Part shown: positions 1 to 64,000 of the stretch, in pieces
How the letters are laid out: every line of letters starts with the position of its first letter
Numbering within the stretch: the first letter of the stretch is position 1
The notes under the pieces: model-generated
Seen by the model: only the letters and a program-made list of their open reading frames with translations
Database searches by the model: none
What the model was told of the DNA's origin: nothing
Source: Amoebidium appalachense
Lineage: Eukaryota > Protista > Ichthyosporea
Direction: 5' to 3'
Assembly: GCA_963693365.1 (NCBI GenBank)
Contig: CAVNZM010000008.1
Coordinates: 2,170,001 to 2,234,000 of the forward strand
DNA length: 64,000 bases
Made by a program: the position numbers and the translations under genes

Positions 1-229
1 CACTTCCTCCTCTCTGATGTACCCAATACACCCATAGGTATTCTGTTTTTCTTATTCCCCTTTGTTCTTTTCATAATTTCTTCTTGTTTTGCGCGTGCGT
101 GCGCGCCGCCCGTGCATGTGCGTGCGTGCACTCGCCTGCATTACGTTTGTGAGTGTGCGCATGTGCATGCTTGCACGCTCGTGTGTGTGTCTGTGTGTGT
201 GTACATGTGTGTGCAGGGGGAGTACCCAC

Positions 230-49466
<49,237 letters not shown>

Positions 49467-51185
49467 GGTTGGGTCTGTGGGGATAGGAGTCAGCAAGCTG
49501 GGTGATGCAAGAATCGAGGTGGTGAGAAATGATAAGTATCTGTTATGTCTATCTGTGCACATTGTGAGTTCGTACGTGTCGTGAGTCTCTCCGGCTCTCC
49601 CTCATCCCCCTCGTCCCCCCTCAACCCCACCCCCTCCCCTCCCTCCGTGTATGTATGTGCATCCGTGTTTTTGTCTTCTGTGTAACCATGATGATGATTC
49701 GGTGCTTGCCAGTGTGTGAGGCCCCGAATAAGTGCAACATGGGGCCCATGTGTGCAGTGATAATATCTCAGTATGCACTCTGTAGCAAGCGCAACAACCA
49801 GCTAGCAGCTGTGCAAAATTCTAGAACTCCACAGGCTCGCACGTAGGTGTGCACGCATGTGTGCGAATGTGCACGCACCCACGCACACACCACACACATA
49901 CACACACATGCACACCACGCACACACCCACACTTTTTGGGACAGATCCCCCCTTTAGATTGACAGGAAAATGAAAGAGCCTGGGGGTTGTTAGCGCGCAT
50001 TCCTGCCTATGTGCATGCGTGCCTGTGTACCTGTGTGTGCGTGTGTGGTGTGTGTGCATGTTTATGTGGCAGGGGGGGTTTCTAGGTGTGTGCCTGAAAT
50101 TACAAGAGTTGAGTGTTTAACAATGTGATGCGAAGAGTGGAAGGGAGAGAGAAGAGGAAGAGAGAGGAAGGCTAGTGGATTATGTGTTAAAGTTAATATT
50201 CTTGATGTCGTGCTTGTCTCTCTCTAGTGTATGTCTGCTCCCGCACCGGTGTTTTCATGTGTGTGGACGTGTGAGAATGTGTGACTGTTGGTGCTAGTAA
50301 GCCATTACTTAGCCTTCGTATGTGAAAGGCCAACCCAGGATGAACCCACGCCCCCTCCGTATAACACCGAACACGAAAACCGGAGGTGCCTCCTTGGTTC
50401 GTCAAGCCTTACGTGAAAATATTTGTAGTAAGGGGTAAGATGCCGACTGTGAGAGGAAGGGGCTGGGATGGATGGGCGGTGCTTTTTTTTTTGTGGGGGG
50501 GGGGGGGGGGGGAGGGGGGGGGGAGGGGGGGTGAGGGGTGGGGGGAGAACACTCACAGCAGGAGTAAGCACTAGGGGACTTCAGTCATCCTTTTCTCCTG
50601 AAAGCGCAAGCCAACTGCCTAACACGAGCACTCCTCTCTATGTATTCGCTTTTGATTGCCTTGCCACTATGTCTTACAGCAGGAGGGATGGAGATCTTAT
50701 GTAAGTTGTTGTCCTGTCCCTCTGACGAATAAAAAAGCCCCCCTCTGTGTGAGAATACCTTCAGCAGTGTCTACTCTCTCTACCATAAGTGTCACGACTG
50801 CTAAACAACATGTTTCTTGGCAGACCACAGGCGGGAGCCTCCGTTCCAGCCGCTTTCAGTCTGACTAGACTCAGGTGGTCTTAACGAGCTGGCTTGATGG
50901 TGTGAAGTTGTGTACATCAAAATTGGTTCTTGATGTTTACTCTAATCTGGCGACCTTGCGGTAACTGTAACTGGCTACCCCACAAAAAGAAAGAAGAGAT
51001 GGAATCATTGAAACTGCCTCACCCTCGACAACGCTCTTTTAAATAACACTAACCTCATTTTAGCTAACTGTGTTCACCTTTCCTGTGGTGGGAGTGTCTA
51101 AAAATATTTTTCTGCCACTCGATTGGCTAAAATCGCACTGAAGCGATGCATTTTTACCCAATCGGATTCGCTGCCCCCCCCCCCG

Positions 51186-51246
<61 letters not shown>

Positions 51247-51293
51247 CTTCCGGCCCCCCCGCCCACCACCACCACCACTTGTAACAGACACTC

Positions 51294-51447
51294 TAACGAG
51301 TTTTCTAGGGTGTAAGATTATTTGAGTCGTTATCTCCTCCGTATCCGTGAGCAGGGGTTTTTGTATCTTCTTCTCTGAGCCTCCTGTGATATCTCCGGAT
51401 TGCTTCTCTTTTCATGAGCATATTAATAAAGTCATCATGAAAAAAAC
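51294..51447 (+). mobile_element. Short 3' fragment of the same LINE family
   Basis: Matches 57463-57670 (TTTTCTAGGGTGTA, TTATTTGAGTCGTTATCTCCTCCGTATCCGTGAG, AATAAAGTCAT plus A tail). Confidence 0.8.
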
Positions 51448-51614
51448 TCTGACAAACAGTGACAGCAGCTGGCACATTCATTGTTGTCGAACACAGGCAT
51501 GGTTTCAAAAGGGAGGACACCACTGATCATGTTCAATATTGTGTCTGTGTGTGACGGTCCACATCACGGTACACGTGTGTCGTGTGCACATGCATGCAAG
51601 CACACCCCGGTGTA

Positions 51615-51798
<184 letters not shown>

Positions 51799-52535
51799 TT
51801 CGATTTTTCGTGTACGTGCGCATGTGTATTCAATGTGTGCCCGCGGTGTGCGTGTATTTGACAAATTGAATATGTGTTCGTGCAGACTCTTTGTGTGTAC
51901 GCGACTGTGAGTTGGTGCCGCGCACGGAAGTCATAAACCGGTAAGTTTTATTTCAACGGCATCTTATGCATGGTGTAGGCACACGAATGCCAGGAAAAAC
52001 TCATTACCAAGCATTGATAAAACCGAGAAAAAAAAAGCTGAAATATAGGTAATAATTATTACTCTGTATAAAAACGGAGGATCGATCACAGTGTAGGATT
52101 TTTGCCTTAGGCTATCTATTCCTCAAATACGTGCCAAAGTTGCACACAACATTTAGACATCATACTTTCTGGCTAACAAACCATATCAAATTTGGTGAAT
52201 ATAATATAACGTAGTTAATAATGCTAGTCAGTAATGCCGCTTAAAATAGGACATGCACCGGGAATGCATGGCTAATTTATTACACAGTGCTGAACGTAAT
52301 CCCACGGCAATAAATGCGGCACAATGAATGCGAATTTTGCAATTATTACGCTGAGATAACACCAGTTAGTGAAAAAAAAAAGAAAAAAGAGGGGCAAGAA
52401 ACAAAACAAATTGGGATGGGGACGACAGTACAGAGCACATTTCTGCACAACCAGCTCTAATAGCCCATCCAAGCTCAAAAACAACAAAAAACCACAACAG
52501 AATTATCAACCACTACATACATACATGCATATGAC

Positions 52536-56415
<3,880 letters not shown>

Positions 56416-56759
56416 GTTTGCTTGTCTTCCTTGTATTGTTAGACTGTCCAGCTCTGCGAGATGAAGAATGTTCTATAGAACTTGCGTGATGGTCTTTCTG
56501 TGAATAAACCTCTCTACTTGAAAACCTTCTTCTGAAGCTTTATTGTTCATGGTATCCCTTTACGTGAACGGAATCAAAAAACACATACGCCTGTAGGCCT
56601 ACGTATCGTGAGAGTGTTACAAAAAGGAAATGTGCGTCTCTTTTGTTGAACTTGGGCCGAGTCCCGGCCGAACCCGTCAGGGGCTTTTTCTACCTGGTGA
56701 AGGATGACTGGTGTTCACCCTGAATCCCCTAAAACTTATCTGTAGGCGGGTATGTACGT

Positions 56760-57683
56760 GCGTCATTTTCGTGAATTCATCCAGTTTATTTCTCGAACCT
56801 CTCATAGGCATCCTTTGGCGGCTCCCTTGCTGAGTGTTTTTGGTCTCCCTCCGGCGCGCCAGCGTATGAATGAATTACAGACTTCGCATTTGTTTTCATT
56901 TGGTTAGGCTTCCTTCTTATCATCCATTGTTGCAATTCTTTCCTTCTTTAATGTTCGTGCGAAATGTCCTATCCCCAATCTCTCTCCCATTCCGAGATAT
57001 CCTTTTAAATACTTTATCTCCTTTATTTTTCTCTTCTACTAGTTATCAGCAGTATGTTACTTGGTTTCATACTCAATATCCTTTGCTTCATCGTTGTGAT
57101 AAAAAGTATCATGGTAGGGCTCTTGAGCCTGTGCTTCTTTTTATATTAGAGACTCGTCTATTTTCTTTACAATCGTTGTGTAAATTAGCTACTTATATTT
57201 ATCCCTCCTCTCGTAAACCTACCACACTTACCGATTTTGCAATTCTAACCCATCCTTGTGATATAGCTTGGAAATGTTTATTTTGGCGCTGTAACCTTTG
57301 TTTCCATAAATGTTTGTGCCACTTTTGTGCAGAACCTTTTTCTCGCAAACATCTAGATAAATGTATTTATTTATCTCAGATTCTTCCGTTAGACTAGCTA
57401 TAGCTTATTAAAGATAATCCTGATATTACTTCTATTGACTATCTGTTAAACCACGGTATGTTTAACGAGTCGAATAAATCCAGTCTAAAGAAAGTTTTCT
57501 AGGGTGTATGATTATTTTCTTTTGACTGGATTTATTCGACGGTTATTTGAGTCGTTATCTCCTCCGTATCCGTGAGTAGGGGTTTTTGTATTTTCTTCTC
57601 TGAAATATCTGTGATATCTCCGGCTTGCTTCTCTTTCATGAGCATATATATCAATAAAGTCATGATAAAAAAATAAATAAAAA
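56760..57683 (+). mobile_element. 5'-truncated, frameshifted non-LTR retrotransposon (LINE) 3' end
   Basis: FGLPPARQRMNEL / LRICFHLVRLPSYHPL resembles the post-RT segment; CCHC knuckle CHFCAEPFSRKHLDKC; frameshift and stop; AATAAA and A-rich tail; AT-rich and free of microsatellites. Confidence 0.72.
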
Positions 57684-58431
57684 ATTCGTTCTACTGGTTG
57701 TTGAATGATAACTTAAATCTGTTTTTTCAATTCCCTTGTCACGGATGAAGTCAAAGCAGGTGCTGTGTATTTACCAGTAAAACCAAACTCTATACTACAT
57801 AAACATTTGTATGATTTATTTATTTTATGTTAATCGATACATCATGGAACATAGGGTAGGTGCATAGTCAGCTTACCGGTCTTACGGGGCACTTTGTAAC
57901 AAAATTTGAAATTCCCAAATTTAAACCAAACGCCCCAAAGGTCATAGGGGTCAAATAACAGCTGATCAATAGCCAATCATATCTGGCTTTAAACCTTAAA
58001 GTATCACGATAAACTGAGTTTACCCAAATATAGGCTGGGAATTCCCAAAGACCACATTCGACTGGCTGATTCAAATTACAACGGTCGCACACACCCAGGC
58101 TGTGAAAATAGGGGGTTTTGGGCCAGAAAATTGTCCCTGCTTCTCGAGGTTAGGTCCACCAATTTCTGAAAGATTGGCCCAAACAGGGCCAAATATATTA
58201 GACAAATGGCACCTATAAAAACGGTGGTTGGCTCTGTTAGGGCTATCCAAGCTGGTGGAAAGCTGCCAAAAACACATTTTTTTCACACCCTGCACACACA
58301 CCGTTCTGTTTCTCTCTCGAGCTCTCTTGCAACGTTGCCTACTCCCTCTCGAACTCTCCCCCTCCCTCCCTACTTGAAGGCTACTTCCCTACCACGGCCA
58401 TCTAGGTGTTTCTAGATGGCCGTGTTCCCTA

Positions 58432-58618
58432 CCCCTCTCTCCCTCCCTCCCCCTCCCTCCCTCCGTCCCTCCCTCCCTCCTGCCCTCCCTCCCTGCCTCC
58501 CTCCCTCCCTCCCTCCCTCCCCCCCTCCTTCCCCCTCCCCCCTCCCTCCCTCCCTCTCTCTCTCTCTTTCTCTCTCTCTCCCTCTCCCCCCCCCCCCCCC
58601 CCTCTCTCTCTCTCTCTA

Positions 58619-58665
<47 letters not shown>

Positions 58666-58693
58666 CCCCTCTCTCTCTCTCTTCTCTCTCTTT
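58432..58693 (+). repeat. Polypyrimidine (CCCT/CT)n tract
   Basis: Direct inspection. Confidence 0.9.
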
Positions 58694-60085
58694 GTAACAG
58701 TGCGCCATGTCACGGACGGGCACACGCACTCTTGTAGCTGCATGCACTTGTACAGATCCCTACATCCCCGCCTGAATACACAACACCTCTACTATTCTTA
58801 AGCTAGAGCCTCTTCAGTATCACCCGCAAAAAAAAAAAAAATCATATTCCGCACATTCACACATCATGCACCACACTACTCAGCCAGAATCCCTTACACT
58901 CTTATTTACCGTGAGATTAATATTGTCGTACACTTGACTACCACTCAGGCCGAACTACAAAATCCACCTTCTGTGAACAATTATTCTTTGGCAAGTCATG
59001 AAAGCACCAGCCTATAGTTTTAGTATATTTTCCGATGATAAGGGCAATCGACTATCTGCGAGAAGAGTTCAAAAGATTAGCTAATGGTACCGTGTGGGTA
59101 CATACAATAGGCAGTCCCAGCACAGCTGCTAAAAGGTTCGTCTCAACTCGGCGAAGATGTGCTAGTTTTTTGGGCACATGTATTGCCTCTCCGTTTAAAC
59201 ACACGGGCAGTCATCACGGCTACCGTAATACTCAGTATTTTTCACTATTGGAGTTGCATGTAACGGTATATGTATGGCACACGTCAGTGGTGACCATTTG
59301 GTCGAAGGGAATGCCAATCAATGTACATCTTGCCTGAAGCTCACGTACATCTCGCCTGAGTTCAGATGGGATTGCTTGAATGGGGCCACGTTAGCTCAGG
59401 CACACCATGGGTGGTGCCATATCCATGTCAAGAGACTGGTCCACACTGACATCACATCTCACGGCAAGGCGCACACCAATGATTACCACGCTGAAGTGTG
59501 AGCAGCAGGAATTTCGAATGTTTGGGTCGTGCTTATGAGGCAGAGCCATGACACAAGTACACGTCACGTGCACGATGGCTATATGTGTGCTTGGTACCTC
59601 TGACAGAGGCAGCAGGCAGGCTTTGCATTTGAACAATTGTGTTCTACCCTGCATCACCGCACGCCGACACTTGACACACAGTAATTCCTGGCCGTGCAGG
59701 TTCCTTGTCCCTCCCCCCGGGCCCCCCCTCCCCCCCCCCCCCCCCCCGGCGCACCCCTCCCCCCTCCCCCTTCCCCCTTCGGCCTCCGGGTCCCTCGTAC
59801 CCCCCCACCCCTGCCCCCTCCTTAGCCCCGGCAGGCTGGACCGGGTAGCACGACAAAATATGGAGTCCCGCATTTGAACAGCATGCATATGCGCGCCGAT
59901 GCTTGCCCATGTTGGCTTGTCCAGCAGATCCTCCCCCCTCCCCCCCCCCCCCCCCCCCCCCCCCTCCCCCCCCCCCTTCCCCCGCCCGCCCCTGCTGAGC
60001 GCTTCCCCGGCAGGAAAATTTACACACAAAGTATACACTAGACTCCTTCCCGGGTCACGCCGTACAGACACGTGCACGTGGCCTG

Positions 60086-60692
60086 TAAGGGATTCTTGAT
60101 TTTGAAACGGGGAGGGGGGTAGTAGTAACGTTGGGGGGGGGGGACCCACCCCCCATTTGGACAGGTGGGTGGGGGGGGACCCACCCACCCCTCCAGCTAG
60201 CGGGGGGAGGGGGGGGGGGGACCCACCACCCACCTGAGCAGGGTGGGTCCCCCCCCCCCCCCCCCCCCTGGGGGGCGGGAGGGGGACCCACCCACCCCGT
60301 AGGCTGACATCATGTGAAAGTTTAATAATATTATCAGATAACCTGTTCACATAATAGTACTATTTTCAGCAGCAGTTTACATACAATGCCAAAATGTAAA
60401 CATTGAGACTGACTAATAGGATTCCTTGATCACTTGCAACTCAGGCTATATGCCATACAGTCATACTCCCCGCCGTCCCCCCCGCAATTGATGACTTGGG
60501 CCCTCCCTGAGGATGGGCTCTGCTTATGACGCATACTGTGCGCATGGCTGATGTTGGATACTTGAATGTTTGCCTTTGCATGTGTCCTGCACCATGCTTC
60601 TCATCGTGTATGCGTAATTCGTGCTGTGTTCCGCATTTACCCCCCCCCCCCCCCCCCCCCCCCGGGGGGGCAAGAACGCATGTGGGAAGAGT

Positions 60693-60727
<35 letters not shown>

Positions 60728-60811
60728 ACACTGTGTGTGCGTGTGCGTGTGCGTATGTGCGTGTGTGTGTACGGGTGCGCGCGCGCGCGTGTGTCCGTGT
60801 ATGCGCGCGCA

Positions 60812-60863
<52 letters not shown>

Positions 60864-61402
60864 TGTGTCGCGCGTATGTGTGTGTGTGTATGCGCGCGCG
60901 CGCGTTTGTGTATGTGTGTGTGTGTGTGTGTGTACGTGTGTGTGTGTGTGTGCGCACGCGCGTGTGTGTGACACTGTGTGTGTACATACATGTGTGTGTG
61001 TGTGTGTGTGTGTGCGCGTACGCGTACGGCCGCCCATACGCGCGCGCGTGTGTGTGCATGTATGGGTGCGCGCGCGTGTGTGAGGTGCGTGTGCGTGTGT
61101 GTGCACGTGAGTGTGTGTGTGTGTATGGGGGGACGGGGGGGGGGGATATGCATCAGTGGCCAAAGCGAGTACTGTCTTTGGTGGGTGGAAACGTCGGAAA
61201 CTCTAATACCATGATCACGCGCATGCAAGAGGGGAAGGGGGGGGGGGGGGGGGGGGGGGGGGACCTACCCCCCTGCGGCTACCTGGGGGAGGGGGGCGGG
61301 GGGACCCCCCCCCCCCCCCCCCCCCCCCAAAAAAAAACCACCAGGGGGGACGTCGATATTTACTACTCTCCCCCCCACCATTTCAAATTCAAAAATCCCT
61401 TA
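60086..61402. mobile_element. Candidate non-autonomous TIR DNA transposon remnant
   Basis: 22-bp inverted termini (20/22 match) TAAGGGATTCTTGATTTTGAAA ... TTTCAAATTCAAAAATCCCTTA, with further inverted AGTAGTAA/TTACTACT inside. Confidence 0.5.
60483..60637 (+). mobile_element. Family A truncated copy in the opposite orientation
   Basis: Reverse complement of ~27353-27507; CTGAGGA at 60507-60513; followed by a C-run. Confidence 0.8.
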
Positions 61403-61552
61403 GCAAGTGTTGAGGGGGGACCGGGAGAGGGGGGATTTGGTCAAGTTTCGAATTCATTTTCGAATCCCGGGGGGTGCCGGGGAGGGGAAGGGAGGGGGCT
61501 AGAAAAGGGGCCGGGCGGGGCAGCGGCCCGGGGGGGGGGGGGGGGGGGGGGG

Positions 61553-61782
61553 GATGTATGCGTTAGAGGGTCGGAAATCCATGGAGGAGACAACAAAGAG
61601 TAACGACAAAGCCTCACAAAAGTGGGAAACCCAAAATTAAACAATTTAAGAGTGCAGGCAGAAGACACTTGAACAGAGCCCATCATCAGGGGGGTTCTTA
61701 GGCCTCCACAAAAGCTTGGGTTTCGGCTCTTCAACCTCTCGCGTGTGTTTCCCAACCCATACTTTGGGGGGATTTGGCCAAG
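61553..61782 (-). mobile_element. Family B complete copy with permuted hammerhead
   Basis: Body unrelated to family A; cores CUGAUGA 61683-61689, GAAA 61721-61724, GUU 61754-61756; abuts a G-run. Confidence 0.8.
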
Positions 61783-62073
61783 ATACGTTTTTTAATTGTG
61801 AGAGGCCCGTCACACCGACGGAGTTATACATTCGATGATCATCAACATTCAAATTGACGTTCAAGGCCGTGACAGTGTCCGACCCACGGTGTGCATTTGC
61901 AACACTATATTATCGATTTACATCTCTGAGAGACTAGCCTAACCCTACCGTACGTAAATGCAGCGTGTAGCATCATATTTCTCATTCACAACACCAGGCT
62001 GAGCTAATATTAACTGAGAATATGCCGCAGCTTTACATGCCTGTGCATTCAAATCGTGGGACAAAAAAGGGGG

Positions 62074-62111
<38 letters not shown>

Positions 62112-62138
62112 GATGGAAAGATTATATTAAAGGAATAC

Positions 62139-63237
62139 GGTATCGTGCAGATCACCACGCAGCTGCATGCCTTGGGCTTTCTGAATCATATACATTCAAA
62201 TAAACTTCTCACCAACCCCCTTAAGAATATGTGCACGAGTTTTTGTTAGAATCTTTTTTAACAGGTTACTAAGTTAGACGTTGAAATACGATAAAACGAC
62301 CAAGTGCTCGTTGTGCGTAACAACATGGGGTGGGAAAGGCAACTACGTCGCTCATGCATGCAAGAGTACAGAAGCAGAAACGATTCGACGGTGCTAGAGC
62401 TTGATTTAACACAATCTGGCATTGAAGGATAAACTTATGCCCACACTACCAACACTCAGGCAGTCGATACATGGCCATAACCAACAAGAAAGGCAGGGGG
62501 AGGAGGAGGAGGAGGAGGAGGAGGGGGGGGGGGGGGGGGGGGGGGGAGGCAAAAAAAGTACAAGGCGAAAAAACAAAAACCAACACTTATTCCTGGAGCT
62601 GGTTTCGAAATTTAAACTCAGGGGTGGGTGGGCGGACAGGGTCGGGTCGTTTGTCCTCCAAGCGAGGTGATCGTGGATAGTCCGGTATATCCATTCCTGG
62701 CAGGCACACAAATGCTGGCTTCTGATTGCACCGCTGCTCTTGAACAAGGCGCTGTAGGGTTTAACCATTTAATCAGAACAAGTACAGGAGTTTAAACATC
62801 AATCAGAAGTGAATATGCACATACATAAAAACACCCATCCCTTGTGTCTGGTTCGCGGATTTCTCAGTAGGAATCCGGGTCGGGTCAGACCCAAATGCGA
62901 TTTGCTATTTACAATTGGTGGGATCCGCATCAAACAGAAATTTGGCCTGACCCGAAGGGGCCAAAAAAAAAAATCCTCTTTCATAGGGTATGGGTTGGTC
63001 CATTCTGATGAACTCTGTTAGTATTTGGAGAACTCTGTGGGTATAATTCAATATAGTCTTACTGAATTTTGGGTCTTGCTAGCAAAATGTGAAAATTGAA
63101 ACAGCAGGCCAGGAAGAGGTAGGCGCTAGGGATATGGAGGTGTAGGGGGAAGGAAGAAAAGCTGATCGACAACGAGATTTGGAGATTTATTGGTGGTTAG
63201 TGGTGGCGTGTGTGCGTGTCAGTGTGTGTGTATGTGC

Positions 63238-63275
<38 letters not shown>

Positions 63276-63783
63276 ACTTGCCTCGGTTTTGTTTTGCTTC
63301 GTTTTTCTTTTCCCTTTTTAGTCTTTTCAAATCGTGAATGCTTGTGTGCTTGAGTTTGTTTGTATGGCATGCCATTGTGTGTGTGTGTGTGTGTGTGTCA
63401 CGGTGTGTGTGTGTGTGTGTGTGTGCATACGTGCGTGCGCGGACGCGCGCACATGCCCCGCACGCATGTGTGTACATGTGTGTGTGTGCGTGTGCGTGTA
63501 ATAGCACGTGAGTGCACGTGTGTGTTTGTGCTTGCATGCACGTGTTGTGTGCGTGTGTGCGCATGCGCGCGCGCGCGCGCACGTGTGTGTGTATGTGCGT
63601 GCGTGTGTGCGCGTGTGCGTGTCTGTGTGTACATGCGCGCTCACGTGTGTGTTCGTGTTAGGGTGCTACTGCAATGTCGCATCACCTACCTCTTTCGAAT
63701 CAGCACCCAGAGCCACCAGACCAGCAAACCAATTGTAGGGAGACATGTCCAATACTACAGGTGTCCGCCACATGGCCAACGGG
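62139..63783 (-). CDS. Internal exons of an unidentified protein gene (63690-63783, 62638-62751, 62139-62180)
   Basis: Three AG/GT-bounded blocks join in frame: PLAMWRTPVVLDMSPYNWFAGLVALGADSKE|RLVQEQRCNQKPAFVCLPGMDIPDYPRSPRLEDKRPDP|KAQGMQLRGDLHDT; no family recognised. Confidence 0.45.
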
Positions 63784-64000
63784 CTGTAGAGGGAGCGAAA
63801 GGCAGGTGGGGGGCATGGGGGCATTAGAACGTACAGGCCACTAATCACAGCGTAGACTTGTGAGACAATACATGCCAGTATACATGCTCGTCTAAATGCA
63901 TACACGCTGCCCACCCATTAAGCACCAAGCACACCCAGCATGTTTCTCGGGACTGCCCACAAACCAGTTATCTTTTCTAGAAAAACTAGTTCCTGCCACG

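Noticed and set aside
56655-56730. GC-rich stretch 5' of the LINE remnant as a retrotransposon 5' ribozyme
   Set aside because: No HDV or hammerhead core could be fitted, and the LINE is 5'-truncated
59455-59492. Minus-strand WCAPCR thioredoxin-like motif followed by TGA
   Set aside because: No surrounding thioredoxin fold or joinable exons were found; it may be chance

Overview
Eukaryotic, intron-rich DNA saturated with (GT/CA)n microsatellites and poly-G/poly-C runs; nearly all ORFs in the supplied track are repeat artefacts. The protein similarity suggests a unicellular holozoan-like protist (inference only). By hand-splicing the minus strand I find: (1) a ~49 kb gene of roughly 55 exons for a BLTP2/KIAA0100/Hobbit/Fmp27 bridge-like lipid transfer protein (ATG at 49466, running off the left edge), with two identical tRNA-Ala(UGC) genes in one intron and two apparent GC-AG introns; (2) a 4-exon, ~240 aa NAD(P)-binding atypical SDR gene (56415-52536); (3) a decayed LINE 3' end; (4) a possible third minus-strand gene at the right edge. 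The main finding is a dispersed 130-230 bp element (two families, 4 complete copies and more than 10 truncated or decayed ones) that abuts a G-run in nearly every copy. Its minus strand carries all three hammerhead core segments (CUGANGA, GAAA, NUH) with covarying stems I-III, but in the non-circularly permuted order UH - GAAA - CUGANGA. That is a pseudoknotted 'jumbled' hammerhead on what looks like a poly(C)-ended, 5'-truncating retroelement, mostly in sense orientation within host introns. All structures were derived by eye; no folding, alignment or database search was run.
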